From Lama glama (taxonomy: Eukaryota), in NCBI GenBank assembly GCA_028534125.1, contig CM052816.1, positions 101,432,001 to 101,496,000 on the forward strand: a DNA stretch of 64,000 nt, in the 5' to 3' direction. The notes under the pieces were generated by a model. It was not told the DNA's origin. It made no database searches and saw only the letters and a list, made by a program, of their open reading frames with translations. Both the position numbers and the translations under genes were made by a program. Positions 20,440 through 32,110 of the stretch are shown here, one piece after another. Every line of letters starts with the position of its first letter. Position 1 is the first letter of the stretch.

Positions 20440-23400
20440 CTGCAGGGAGAAAGAACAGGGCAGACTGTGGACGTTCCAGTACGAGATCTGGGAACCGAAC
20501 CGAACCCCATGCCCTGGGGTGTCAGGCAATCACGATCCAGAAACGCCAACCTCCCCACACCTCACTAAGCCTTGGGTTTTTTAAAGTAAAACAAACGCAC
20601 GTCCCACGGTGTTGTCCGGTTCTATCAGAACTGTCTCCAGGACTAGATAGGGCGCCTGCAACAGTGCCCACAACTGCGCGGCCACCCTGAGAACAAGGCT
20701 CACTGCCAGTCTTTGCCAGGAGAGGCGGTGCCGAACAAGACAGCAGGCTGCGAGCAGACCCACCCGCCCTCTGCTCCCCAGCCCGCCCGTGGCACCCCCT
20801 GCCGGAGCCCGACAAGAACTGGGCTGAGCTGCCCCATGTACTCGTGAACCCGGGGGCCGGCACCTCCCCCGGGCGGCCGAGGGCCCAGATGGAAGGCCCC
20901 CGCTTCCACAGCCGCCCCAAGAGCAGTTATGGAAAAATGGGACCAGACTTCCAACAAATCCAAAGGACAATTCCGCCGGGAAACTACAGGACAGACGTTC
21001 ACGTGGTCCTCGGGGACAGGCCACAAAAGTAAGAGCACGGACACAGGAGGCGGGTGCAGCGTGGCCAGGCCGCTTCCCGGTCCCTGGTAGGCGGTCGCAG
21101 GGCAGCGCCCCGGGAACCGGGCAGGCCTCGGTTCCCAGCATTTCCGTTTCTGCTGCCGAGGGTGTGGAGCTGCTGAGAGCACGGCCAGGGGTGCACAGGG
21201 GAGGCTGTGTGCATGTGGACGTGGGCCCCCACAGCTGCCCGCCCGCCAGCCCTCCAGGCCCCGGGGCACTATCGCAGCCGGGTCACAGGGTCTCTCCTCT
21301 CTCCCGCGGGCTCAGGCCCTGGCCCGGGCCCAGCACGGCAGGAGGCCCAGTGGGGTCACCCCACAAGGTCACCTGACATCCCGGGTGCTCTGGGACCTTG
21401 GTCAGAGTCCCTGCAGTGCCTGCTGGACGGCTCTGATCAGCTGCCACCCTGGTTACAGGCAGTGGGGAGGGGACTGGCTCCCACCCTGTCCACAGAAGGG
21501 CCTGACGCCACCTCCACGGTTTGGTACTGTCTCAGATCATCCTGCTGGCATTCCTTGTCATCTGGACAAACCGGGAGCATTCTCACCAAGAGGTTGAGTC
21601 CAGGACCGGCTGGCCCAGACCTTGGAGGGCGTGCCCAGGTGTTCAGGCCCACCCAGAAGGGACCACGTCCAGGGACTAGCTGGCGTCAGGGAGACCACAC
21701 GTGGAGGGGCCTCCGCCTTCACGGCTCATCGGGCGCATGTGACCCCATGTGTGGCCTGGCGGCACCCTCACTCTGGCCTGCGGTGCCCCACTCACTGCAG
21801 GAAACAGGAGGCTCCATGTGGCCGTGACGCTGTCACCACTCCCAGGTTCTCACCGGGGCCGGTGGCACCAGCCGGACCCAGCACCCTCGCACCAGGCCCG
21901 CCAGCCCCCTCGAGGGGGCCATGTCCACTGGCAGGAGAGAAGGGACACAGGCCGCCCTCAAATGCAGCACTGCGCCTCCAGCTCATTCTGTCTGAGGCTT
22001 GAGCACAAATGAGGTGAAGCCCAACCATGGAAACCCCGTAACGTTTTGGCCCAGATGTACAAACCAGTCCTTTTGAAGGACGAGGTTCCTTGACAACAAA
22101 CACAAAACACCCTGAAGTACCTGAATGTGGGAACGAGGAGACGAACACACGCCTGTGACTGTGGGCGCACGCTGCCCAGTGTGCTGAGGACCAGCCCAGC
22201 GGCCCTCTGTGTCGGGAAGGGAACCCTGACAGGCTCGCTGGGGCTGCAGCAAGGGCGGAGCCGGGGGCAGAGACAGGCTTGTCTGCACGAGATGCCCCCT
22301 GGGCCAGGGGACCCCGTGCACGTCGCGGGAAAGAAGCCGGCCAGTCGAGGGCCACTGCGGGAGGACCTGGATCGTTCAGGAAGCATTGCCGTGCCGACGG
22401 AGCTTCGAGGGGATGAGTGGGTGGAGCTGGCATCGCCGGGCCCAGGAAGGAGGGGGACCCCTGCTGTCTGTCTCCGGAGCTCCCACAGCCCCCCCCCCGC
22501 ATCCTCCTCCCTCCTAATCCCTGCCCTGAACCGCCACGTGCGTCACCCCCTCAGAACAAGGCTGCCTCTGTGGTTTCTTAGGGTGCCAGGTGGGAAATGG
22601 GCTGGAGTTTGTTTTAATAAGAAATAAAACTCCTGATCACTAAGAGACCTCCACCGCGTGCCCTCTCCAGGCGTCCAGCCGGGCTCCGGGGGTCAGACGC
22701 CCAGACCCTGCACAGTTCCAGAGGATCCCAGCCCAGCCCGAGCCTCCCACACCCATCTGGTTACAATCACAGAAGTAAACATATCGGCGGTAGCCGCCCA
22801 CTCTGGATGGAAGGATCTGAGGCCGGGCGGAGCACAGCATTTCTTGCGGAAAGAGCCAACGTCACGGGTGAAACGGCCGGAGCCCGGAGACCAGCTCCCG
22901 CAGGGCTCGGCAGCAGGCAGCCCGAGCGGCGGGCTGCAGCCTGGGAGTCTCAGTCGCTCCCATGATGCAGCCGAGATGCCAAAGGGAGACAGGCACAGCC
23001 AGGCACCCTAACACGCAAGGCTGAATTAGCTGAAAGTTCAAAAATACGTTCCAATCTTGTTTTTAAAATAATGTGAGCACTTGCTTTTGGCGATTGTGTT
23101 AGTTACAGACAAGGGTATAAACGCTTTGGGCCGGCGGAAGGTTCAAGACAGAAAGTCTGCACAGACCCTTGGTGGGACCCTGAGACGCTCCCAACACCAC
23201 AGTAACAAAAAGCACAGTAATGCTACAATTACACAATAATGACACAGCGACACAAAGCCGACGGCCCGGGATGACCCCGGGGTCGCAGCGATCACGACGG
23301 CCAGCCGTGACGGTCCCTGAGGCGGCGGAAGCGTGGGGCATCTGAGGAAACGTTCACCCACACTCAGCCCGACGTCAGACGGCGCAGCGTGGACCCCAGT

Positions 23401-25504
23401 CAGCAGCAACCTCTGAGGCGCAGGGCGGGGCCCGTGCGGGAAAAGAGGGCGTCTGTGGGAGAAGCAACCCTGCTCGTCCCTGTGACTGGTGACTTCAGTC
23501 GAATCCATCCTGGTCACACAGAAATGCCCGTTAATCCGTTCTGCTTTGGAGACACAGAAGGGCCGAGAGCTTTAATTGCAACGTCGGAGACCCACTGCAG
23601 GGCTGCTGGCCAGGAGTGCGGCCGCTCCCCAGGAGTGCGGCCGCTCCCTGCCGGGTGACCTCCCAAGCGTCCAGATAGCCAGGGCCCTCAAGCCAGACTG
23701 GGGTGCACACGGAAGCCCATCTCTAACGTCCCCAGGCAAGGCCCCCTCCCGTAGCAGCACCTCCCCTGGGGCGGGGCCCACCCCACCCCTCTTGGGATGC
23801 CCCAGCCGTGCTAACCGTGCACCCGGCCCTGCTCTGAGCCCCTCCTGCTGCAGAACCCCCCCAGCGCCAACCTCCCTCCTCATGCCCTTTGCCCCCCGAG
23901 AAAGGAGCCCCAGTCTCCTGCATATAAAACCCTCCAACCCCGCCTGTCACTCCGTTCTGGCCCCCACCCTCGCCCCTCCCTCCTGCCTGGAGAGGGTCCT
24001 TGGCACCGTATGTGATGTCGGCTCTGCTGACCCCTGGGCCCGGCCTGGGCTGCTGTCCCCTCGCCTCCTGGCTCCCACCTCCTGCAGCCCTGCAGCATCG
24101 TGCGTTCACTCTCCAGCGCCTGCCGGGCGCCCTGCTGGCCCCGGGGATGGGATCAGGGCCCCCATGGTCCCATCCCTGCCCCTCTCACCCTGCAGGGGCT
24201 CTCGGGGAGACCCCAGGCTCGTGGGTCACTGCCCCCAGAGGCCACCACCCACACAGCCTGCCATGACTCTGTCCTAAACTCAGACTCCCGAGGCCGTCTG
24301 CTTCACGAGCCACAGCACAGAACTGAGTTCTCTGTCCTCCCGGGAGGTGGCCCCTGACCTGGATAGGTCCTGCTCTGAGGCCCAGTACAGCCCATCTGTC
24401 CAGGTCAGGCCCACCAGACGTTTCCCACCGCTGCCCATGGGCACGGAGACGTCAGAGATTTCCCCCGAGATCTCAGTTCCCGGCCTCCCAGGTGGTCCAG
24501 GGGTCCCCACCCTGCATCGGCGCTGGGCTGTCCACCCTGTGGTGCCAGGTCTGGGGGGGCCACACACACCCTGGTCGAGGCGCAGGAGATGGACTCCTGT
24601 TTCAGGCCACATGGGCGTGGGGATGTCCCGGTGATCGGAGGGGAAACCTTCGGCGACACAAATAACCACCTCCTGAATGCATCTGCTTTTCCACTGTCAA
24701 CGTTCACATATTCCTTCAGACTTTGGTGCATCTGTGATCACCTTCCTGGGTCTTCAGGGCCGCCTGCTGACCTTGGAAACCCCACACTCTTGACAGAGCA
24801 AAAGCTCTCCGTTTCCCATCTCCTGGCTCCCGGGAAGTCCTCCAGGAAACCGGGGCGGCCGGAGTTACTGCTGCCCCCATGGAGACCTGGGCCAGGCGAG
24901 TGCCGTGAGAAGACCCGCTCCATCGTCTGCCTGCTACAGTCTGGTTAAAAACCTCTGAGTGCCCTGGCCCAACCTTATGGTCTGTTGGAAACATGAGGCC
25001 CCAGGGAGGGGACACCCCTGTGAAAACCCCACGGGCTGGCCCCCCCTTTCCTCTGGCTGCATGGCGTGTGATCATGCCTCCAAGCAGAGCCAGCTGGGCA
25101 GCCCTGGACACGGGCTGGGAGTGTGTCCGGCATCCACTGGGGGCTCGGCTTCTGAACTCAGGATCCACCCGAGGTCCTGGCGTGGACACGGGTCTGTGGC
25201 AGGTGCTCAGTGGCTAACGGGCCTGGGGCTCACATTCTGACCCCCAAGAGCTTCTGTCACACCCCCCAGAAGCTCCAGGAGAACGAAAGGCCTCCAGGCG
25301 GCAGCCCTCGCGGTTAGTCCAGGCCTGGGTTTGTCCCAAGAAGGGTGGGCATCTCTTCTTTCTGAACAGATGAAACCTGCCCTGAGCTTCCCTTTGAAGA
25401 CCCAGCATAGTTCAATCTAGGTGCTCCGTGCAAGTAAGCACAGGGGTGCGGGGGGCCTGGGCTTCAGTAAGCAGGAGCTATCAGGGATAGAGCGCCTGGG
25501 GGAC

Positions 25505-25930
25505 AGCAGGTCAGCGTCTGGGCTGCTGTGACAAACGGCCACAAACGGGGCAGCTTCAAACAAAAGGAATTTACCCTCTTCCAATTCCGGGGCCAGAAGC
25601 CTGGTATCCAGGTGTCACGGGAGCTCCTTTTGGAGGCTCCGGGGAGGCTCCTTCCTGCCTTCTCAGGCTCCCAGGGGCCCTGGTGTCCCTGGGCCTGTGG
25701 CCGCGTCCCTCCAACCTCAGCTGGTGGTCGCAGTCTCTCCCATGTGGTCCATCGGAGCCCCACAGCCTCGCCCTCACAGAGAGACGTGGGGGCAGTCAGT
25801 GCCACCAGGACAACTTCCGTCTCAAGATCCCTCTCTTAATCCCGTCTGCCAAGACCCCTTTTCTGTCGGGTGTCAGTCATAGGCTCCAGGAAGGCGTATG
25901 AGCACGTGTTCAGGGCTGCTATTCAGTCCA
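25505..25930 (-). mobile_element. MaLR LTR relic (MLT1-like)
   Basis: gggctgctgtgacaaacggccacaaac...aggaatttaccctcttccaattccgggggccagaagcc resembles the reverse complement of the MLT1 3' end. Confidence 0.7.
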
Positions 25931-28419
25931 GCGTCGTCCAGAAGCTGTGACTGGTCTCCAGTCCGGAACCAGCTGCCTGGCCACACGGCCTCCACGTCCT
26001 TCAAGGGAGCAAAGCTGGGACGCAGGAGCGGTTCTTACCATGCACATGCTCGAGGGGGGCTACACCCCGAAACCGGGCGGGAGACAAATGCAGAAATATA
26101 TTGGCCATGAACCCCAGCTCAACGACCAGCTCCTCTGGCTTGAGGGGGCAGAGAGACTGCGGCCTGGCTTCAAAGCCACGGTCACAGCTGGAGACGCGAG
26201 GAGAGATGCAAGGAGGAGAGACGCATGTCCGCTCCACAGGTGGACCCTTCACAGACCCCTAAGAACAGGGAGCTTCGGCTGGCGCATCCGGTATTGACTC
26301 CGCTCAGAATTCCAGTGGGTGTTGAGTCCAGAGGACCAAGAGCGCAGTTTCCTTTCTGTGAACAGCCTCAAGGATGTGTTGCTGTGACAAGTCTCCAGGG
26401 CGTCCCCCATGGAGAGCGGGGCTGTGCCGCCAACCACGTGGGGATGACCATTGTCCCCCTGCCACTGCTCCTGGAACCGCCTCCTTTCCCCGAAAACAGG
26501 GTGTGACCCCCTCCACGGGGGCTGCAGCTGCCTTGTGCCTCATGTGCAAAACCTCTAGGGATCTGGAAATCCTGGCTCCGTGACGGCCGCCCCCGCGGAC
26601 TGGGGGAATTCCCGAGTCCCGAGATGAGGGGCACTGAGTGGGGCAGAAGGGGACTCAGTGTGGATGGGAGTCCAAGTGAGGGTCGAGGAGGAGGAAGACA
26701 GAGGGGGAGAGAGAGGGGAGAGGGGCTCCTCTGGGGGAGGGCGGGGATGCTCCCCAGGTCCCCCAGGAGAGGCTGGTCTCTATGCTGGGCAGATGTCTGG
26801 GGCCACAGGGCCTGCAGGTCCCATGCCCAGAGCCACGTATATGATCTAGAAGGTGCCATCACCAGGTGTCTCCCCAAAGTCAGAAACAAGCTGGACCTCT
26901 CCTCCGACACCCCATCACCAGCAAACGTGCTCCCAGGCGCCCAGGCGCCTCTCTGCAGCCGCACCAGCTGCTCCCCCGTGGGCTGCCCCCTGCGCGGCAA
27001 AGGGGCACGGCCAGGGGAGGCAGTTTAGGAGGCGCCTGGGGCTGGGCGGGGAGCAGGGGACAATGTGACATTCAGGCCAGGATGACCTGGGCCGGGGTCG
27101 GGGGCACCTGAACTCCTGCTCAGGGCTGTCAGGACACTGGACGTGGACAGGACTGGTGTGGGGTGAGGGGTGGGGGAGGCTTGCGGTCATCACGCACTGG
27201 ACAGAACTGGACCATGCGGGAAAAGGCAAGGGGTGGGACTTGAGAAACCCCAAGGCGGGGAGAGGGAGAAGCACCAGGGTCAAGGGTCAAAGGTCAAGCG
27301 TGCTGCAGGGTGATGGCAGTGAGGGCTGGGGGGAAGAAGAGGAAGGAGGCAGGTGGGGCAGCAGGTGGAGGGGGAACAGTGGCCTCAGGTGGCAGAGAAC
27401 GCCGGGGCCTCTTTTACCAAGTCGGGGGTGGGGCTTCTGGCAATGCAGGACCGAGGGCTGGCGGGGGCGCACCTGCCCCGGGCTCCTTCTCATCAGAAGC
27501 ACCGCGAGGGAGATGGAGGCACTTTCCGCCTGGGCTGCCGGCAGAGCGGACTGGAAGGCGCTGGGGCAGCGCGTCTGTCTGCGACGCCAGGGCGGCTTGG
27601 CGGTGGGAGTCCCGGCTGCGGCGGCTGAACAGTTTCAAATGTGACGTGCTGTTTTATGGGCTCAGTAGTCCCGGCACAGTGAGGCCCACGGAGGGTTTCC
27701 ATTCAGGGGCCACTGTGCACGTGGCTGTGAATTTCTGATTTTAAAGCGAAAGAGTAAGGACCACGCAGCATCCGGGCGCGGCTTCTGCACAACACACACA
27801 GGCTTTCAGCCTCCTCCTTCCAAGCTCACACCAGGCTTCCAGATCCCTGGGCTTCGCCCATCGGTGCTTCCGGGTCAGGGCCGTGTACCCAGGCTGAGTA
27901 ACCAAATGTGGAATTTACATCTAGAAACTCAGTCGTTGGGGATCAAAGGTTCTCCTGAAATAAACATCTGTAGACCTCCCGCGGCAGCACGCTGCCATAA
28001 CCTGCTTCCTGTGTCAGGCCAGAAAGCGAAAATGGCTCCTGTCTCCATGCTCACCTCCATCCTCACCTCACCCCACCACAGCGGTTCATAGTTCTGCTAT
28101 CACACACCACGTGCCCTGGTCTATGGAGGTTTATTTGTTGGCAGTCACCCCCAAAAACACCCTGACCCCTGAGAGGGTCCCCAAGGACCTGCACTCGGAC
28201 CTTGCCGCAGAAAGGCTGCTATGCCCGTGCAGGGGGCCTGGAAACACACATCAGGGCGACACACCACGGGCAGCTCAGCCAGTGGCAGGCCTGCAGGGCA
28301 CGGTTATGAATGAGTTCCTGGGGGGGGATCCAGGCCACCTGCTGGGGAAATGACTCCACCATGAGACCCGTGCAGGGAAAGCATAACCAAGGGGAGGCCA
28401 GTGAGAAGATATATAAACA

Positions 28420-28695
28420 CCTTACATATGTGTACACACACTCACGCACACACGCACGAGCACATACACACACGTGCACGAACACACATGTACACAGACA
28501 CGTGCGTGTACACTGAACACACGTGAGTGCACACACATACACATAGATGCATATGCACAAACATGTATACACATGCACGAACATACACATGTGTGCACAC
28601 GTGTGGGCCCATAGATACCTATTGTGAACATATATACACATGCATGCACACATACATACCCGTGAACACACACGTGCATGCACGCACACACACAA
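28420..28695. repeat. Compound (CA/TA/CG)n alternating purine-pyrimidine low-complexity tract
   Basis: acatatgtgtacacacactcacgcacacacgcacg... over about 270 bp. Confidence 0.9.
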
Positions 28696-29639
28696 TCTCC
28701 ACCCCAGAAAACTGAGAAGTGGCCATAAAGTACGCCAGGAACTTCCTCAGTGACTTCAGTTCTCAGCACCCTGGAATTCTGGTTTTAGCTTAACACTAGA
28801 TCATTTTGCCGCTCATCTGCAGACCTGACTTTCTCCCAGTCACGCCTGCTACTGGTTCTGTCTTCAGAGCTAGCAGTGAGTAACTTCACAGAACAAGGCA
28901 AATCATGGGTGATCGAGCTTCCAAATTCTGCCGCTGCCCTCGGAGCTTCCCGGCCGCAGAGGTCACAGCACAGACACCACTGACAGGACCCATGCCCCAT
29001 GCGCCTGAACCATCGCACCCGCCATCGTTCTGTTTAGACGAAGTTTAACGCCCCTGGGTGTTAAATGCAAACCCAGATTCATCTTCCTCCATCTGAATTA
29101 TTTCTCAGGAAAAAACACTGGACTTTGTTTTCTTGCATTCATATTAAAGCCTCATGTCTCCTATTTCAAAGGAAGAGTAATTTCAAAGAACTCCATGCAT
29201 TTTATGGTTTTTTTTTTCAGTTTAGAAGGCTCCGTGCGTTCACACGTGACGTCCGGGCCGCAGCAGAGATAAACAGACTGGAAAAGTCACGGGTGTGTAT
29301 GTGATTACAGCCCCAGGACCCAGTGGGCTGAACCACACGAAGAAAAGTAATAAGGGTTTCCCTTCCGTTGAAAGCTCCCCCCGTAGCGTCAGGTAGAAAC
29401 ACTCCCTGGAGGTAATCACCCTCCAACCAGCTCTGCTGCTGCTTCCAGGCCCCTGGGGTCAAAGGGGAGTGCAGTCTGCCCCACCCTCACCCCAGCCACA
29501 GCCGGGTCTTAAAGGAGCAGGGACGGAACCGTAGCTGCTTTTACAGGCAGAAACCAAAGTCCACCCTTAACGCGATTTAGTTGAGACCCCACGTGTGAAA
29601 GTTAAAAAGTGTTCTGAGGAGACCCACACGTGCCCTTTT

Positions 29640-30310
29640 AAACCCTTTGACCCCCTTCGCCCACTTCTCCTACCCACCCCCCACCTCCAGCAACCAGCAA
29701 CGCGCTCTCTGTACCTATGAGCTCGACTTCGTCTGCTTTATTCTACGTTTAGGAGGATCATGTGGCATTTGTCTTTCTCTGAGTTATTTCACTTGGCTTA
29801 AGGCCCTCCACATCCATTCCTTGGTCACAAGGGCGCGATCTCACCCATTTTACGGCTGAAAGGCGTTCCGCTGTGTGCGTGTTCCGTGTCTTCCTTGTCC
29901 CGCCATCCGTCGCTGGGCACTCGGGCTGCCTCCACGTCCTGGCTGCTGTCAGCAGAGCCGCCGTGAACACCGAGGCGCACGCGCCTTTTCTGACTGGTGT
30001 CTTCATTTGCTCTGGATACACACCCAGCTGCGGGACTGCTGGGTCACACGGTAGCTCTGTTTTTAGTTTTTTGAGGAACCTCATGCTGTACCCATTTACG
30101 TTCCCGCCAACAGTGCATGAGGGCCCCCTTTCGTCAGCACACTTGCCAGCACTTGTCATTTGCTGTCTTTTTGATGATGGCCATTCTGACAGGTGGGAGT
30201 CGGTATCTCACTGTGGTTTGGTTTGCATTTCCCTGATGATCAGTGAAGTTGAGCACCTTTCCATGTACCCGTTGGCCATCTGTAGGTGTCTGGAAAAACG
30301 TCTTTGTTAA
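29640..30310 (-). mobile_element. L1 (L1MA/MB-like) 3' fragment: ORF2 end and 3'UTR
   Basis: Minus-strand translation RFLKKLKTELPCDPAVPQLGVYP resembles the L1 ORF2 C-terminus; typical ttttgaggaacctc...gatggccattctgacagg. Confidence 0.85.
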
Positions 30311-31599
30311 ATGATGCTCTTGTCTCAAAAGCGGTGCCAGGCCTGGGCAGTTGTGTGGTTCTGGACACCCTGGGGAGCACAGGCTGAAGCCCAGGAGCAA
30401 GAGACCCGCCAGGCCCTGCAGCCCTGCTCCGGGTGGTCCCCGCGAAGCCTCGCATCAGGCATGATGTGCCTCTGTCCCAGGACCCGGAGGACGGGCACCG
30501 TCCTTCTCCAGGACAGGCCATAGGACGGGAAATGAGGGCCGGGCCCCTGAGCACCAGGCCAGGCACTTCTAGGTGGTTCCATCTCACCACAGCCGGCAGG
30601 CCAGCGTTGCCTGAGCTCCCTCCCTGGAGGGTGGCCACTCTGGCCAGAGACAGGTCGGCACAGGTCCGCAGAGCCCCAGGTGAGGCCTTTCAGCCGGGCG
30701 GGCTCAGCCCGTGGGGAGAGCACCTGCCGCCTTGCCCCCCACCACCCCAGGGACAAGGGGCCATGGCATCACTGCTTTGGCACGAGGACCCCAGACACAG
30801 CTGACTTCGCACCTCAATCCTCCCTGAGCTCTGGAAGAAGCCAGAAACACATCTCAGGCCTCAGGGGAGACATTGAGAAACACCAAAAAGCATGTCTTTC
30901 CTGAAGGCCAAGCCAGCTCTGGTTTAGAGAAACTTAAATTGTTTCAGACAAACCAATGGAAGGAGAGAAAGGGCTCCAACCTGTCTCCCCAAAGCTGGGA
31001 AGACGCGGGGCTGGGAGTCCCCGAGAGGCAGCAGGTGGCTGGGTGTGGGATACTCCTCCCCAGCGCACTGCCGCTCCCCCAGTGGGTGACGCCGTCTCAG
31101 ACCCTCCTTGAGCCGTGCAAGGTCTGGAAAGCAGCCATGTGGACACTGGGAGAAGGGAGCATGGGTGTGGGCCTCGGTCATTCTTCCTCCCTCCCCTATT
31201 TTCACAAGTCCCCTGCACGTGCCACCTCAGCTGAGAGCCGGGGGCATCTCCCTGACCCTCCCCAGGTCAGGCCTTCTGTCAGGGCCACCTCCCCGCTGTA
31301 CTCAGGCCACCATGTCAGCGGAGGACATCCCCTCCGGCTTCTCTCATGCACCGATGCGCCACCTGACTGTTCCTCCCGGCATGTGAGCCACAGATGCCTG
31401 GACAGCAGGACCGGGAGTCTGCTGAGGGGGGCAGTCTCGGCCCCACAGTCCCTCGTGCTCTGACCTTGGGCACATCACCTAAGCCCTCCATGAAAGGAGG
31501 CACCAGTGAACAGCATCACTCTCCTGGGTGGACGGCTGGAGGCCGCAGGGCTCCCCCCCCGTGACCAGGGCCACACAGCAAGGCTGACACCCTCCTGCC

Positions 31600-32110
31600 C
31601 ACCTGCGTCCCGGCCTCTCTCTTGATCCGGCTTCCAGGTCACTCATCTTTTCTTCCGCTGTGTCGCTTGCTGTCCGCGGACTGCTCATTCAGATATGGTT
31701 CTCTCACCTCCAGACGCCCCCTCTGGGTTTCCAGCGCCCTCTCCCCCTTCTCACCTCCCGTGGCCACATCTCCTCCTCCTCCCGGAGCACATGCAGTGCG
31801 TCTGTCCCTGCTGTCCTGACGCCCTCTGCTAGTTCCATCGCCACGGCCGTGGTTCAGTCTGTTTCTACGCAATGCTCCTCTTCCAGTGATGGATCACAAC
31901 TTCTCTGCTCTTCTCATGCCTGGAAAATTTCGATTGTGTGCTGGACATTGTGACTTCTGCTGTCTGTGCCGGATTGGGTCATATTCCTTCAAATAATGTT
32001 GTATTTTGTCACTGAGTGCGGATTTTTGGCCTTAGGTTTGCTTTTAAGCCCGTAGTCTAGGTGCTCAGCCACACTGCGAAGGTGACGCCTTCCGAGGACC
32101 TGCCTGCTCT
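31600..32110 (-). mobile_element. Ancient L1 5'-region relic
   Basis: aattttcgattgtgtgctggacattgtgact...atattccttcaaataatgttg resembles antisense L1M 5' sequence. Confidence 0.4.

Noticed and set aside
19424-20690. Repetitive ORFs (PAEPRPGVSP, LSHGQVCPQ) and a CRISPR-like look
   Set aside because: Head-to-tail 42-bp minisatellite with no unique spacers; eukaryotic intron; no cas genes
23611-23648. Perfect 19-bp tandem duplication with two NotI sites
   Set aside because: Simple local duplication; no sign of vector sequence or function
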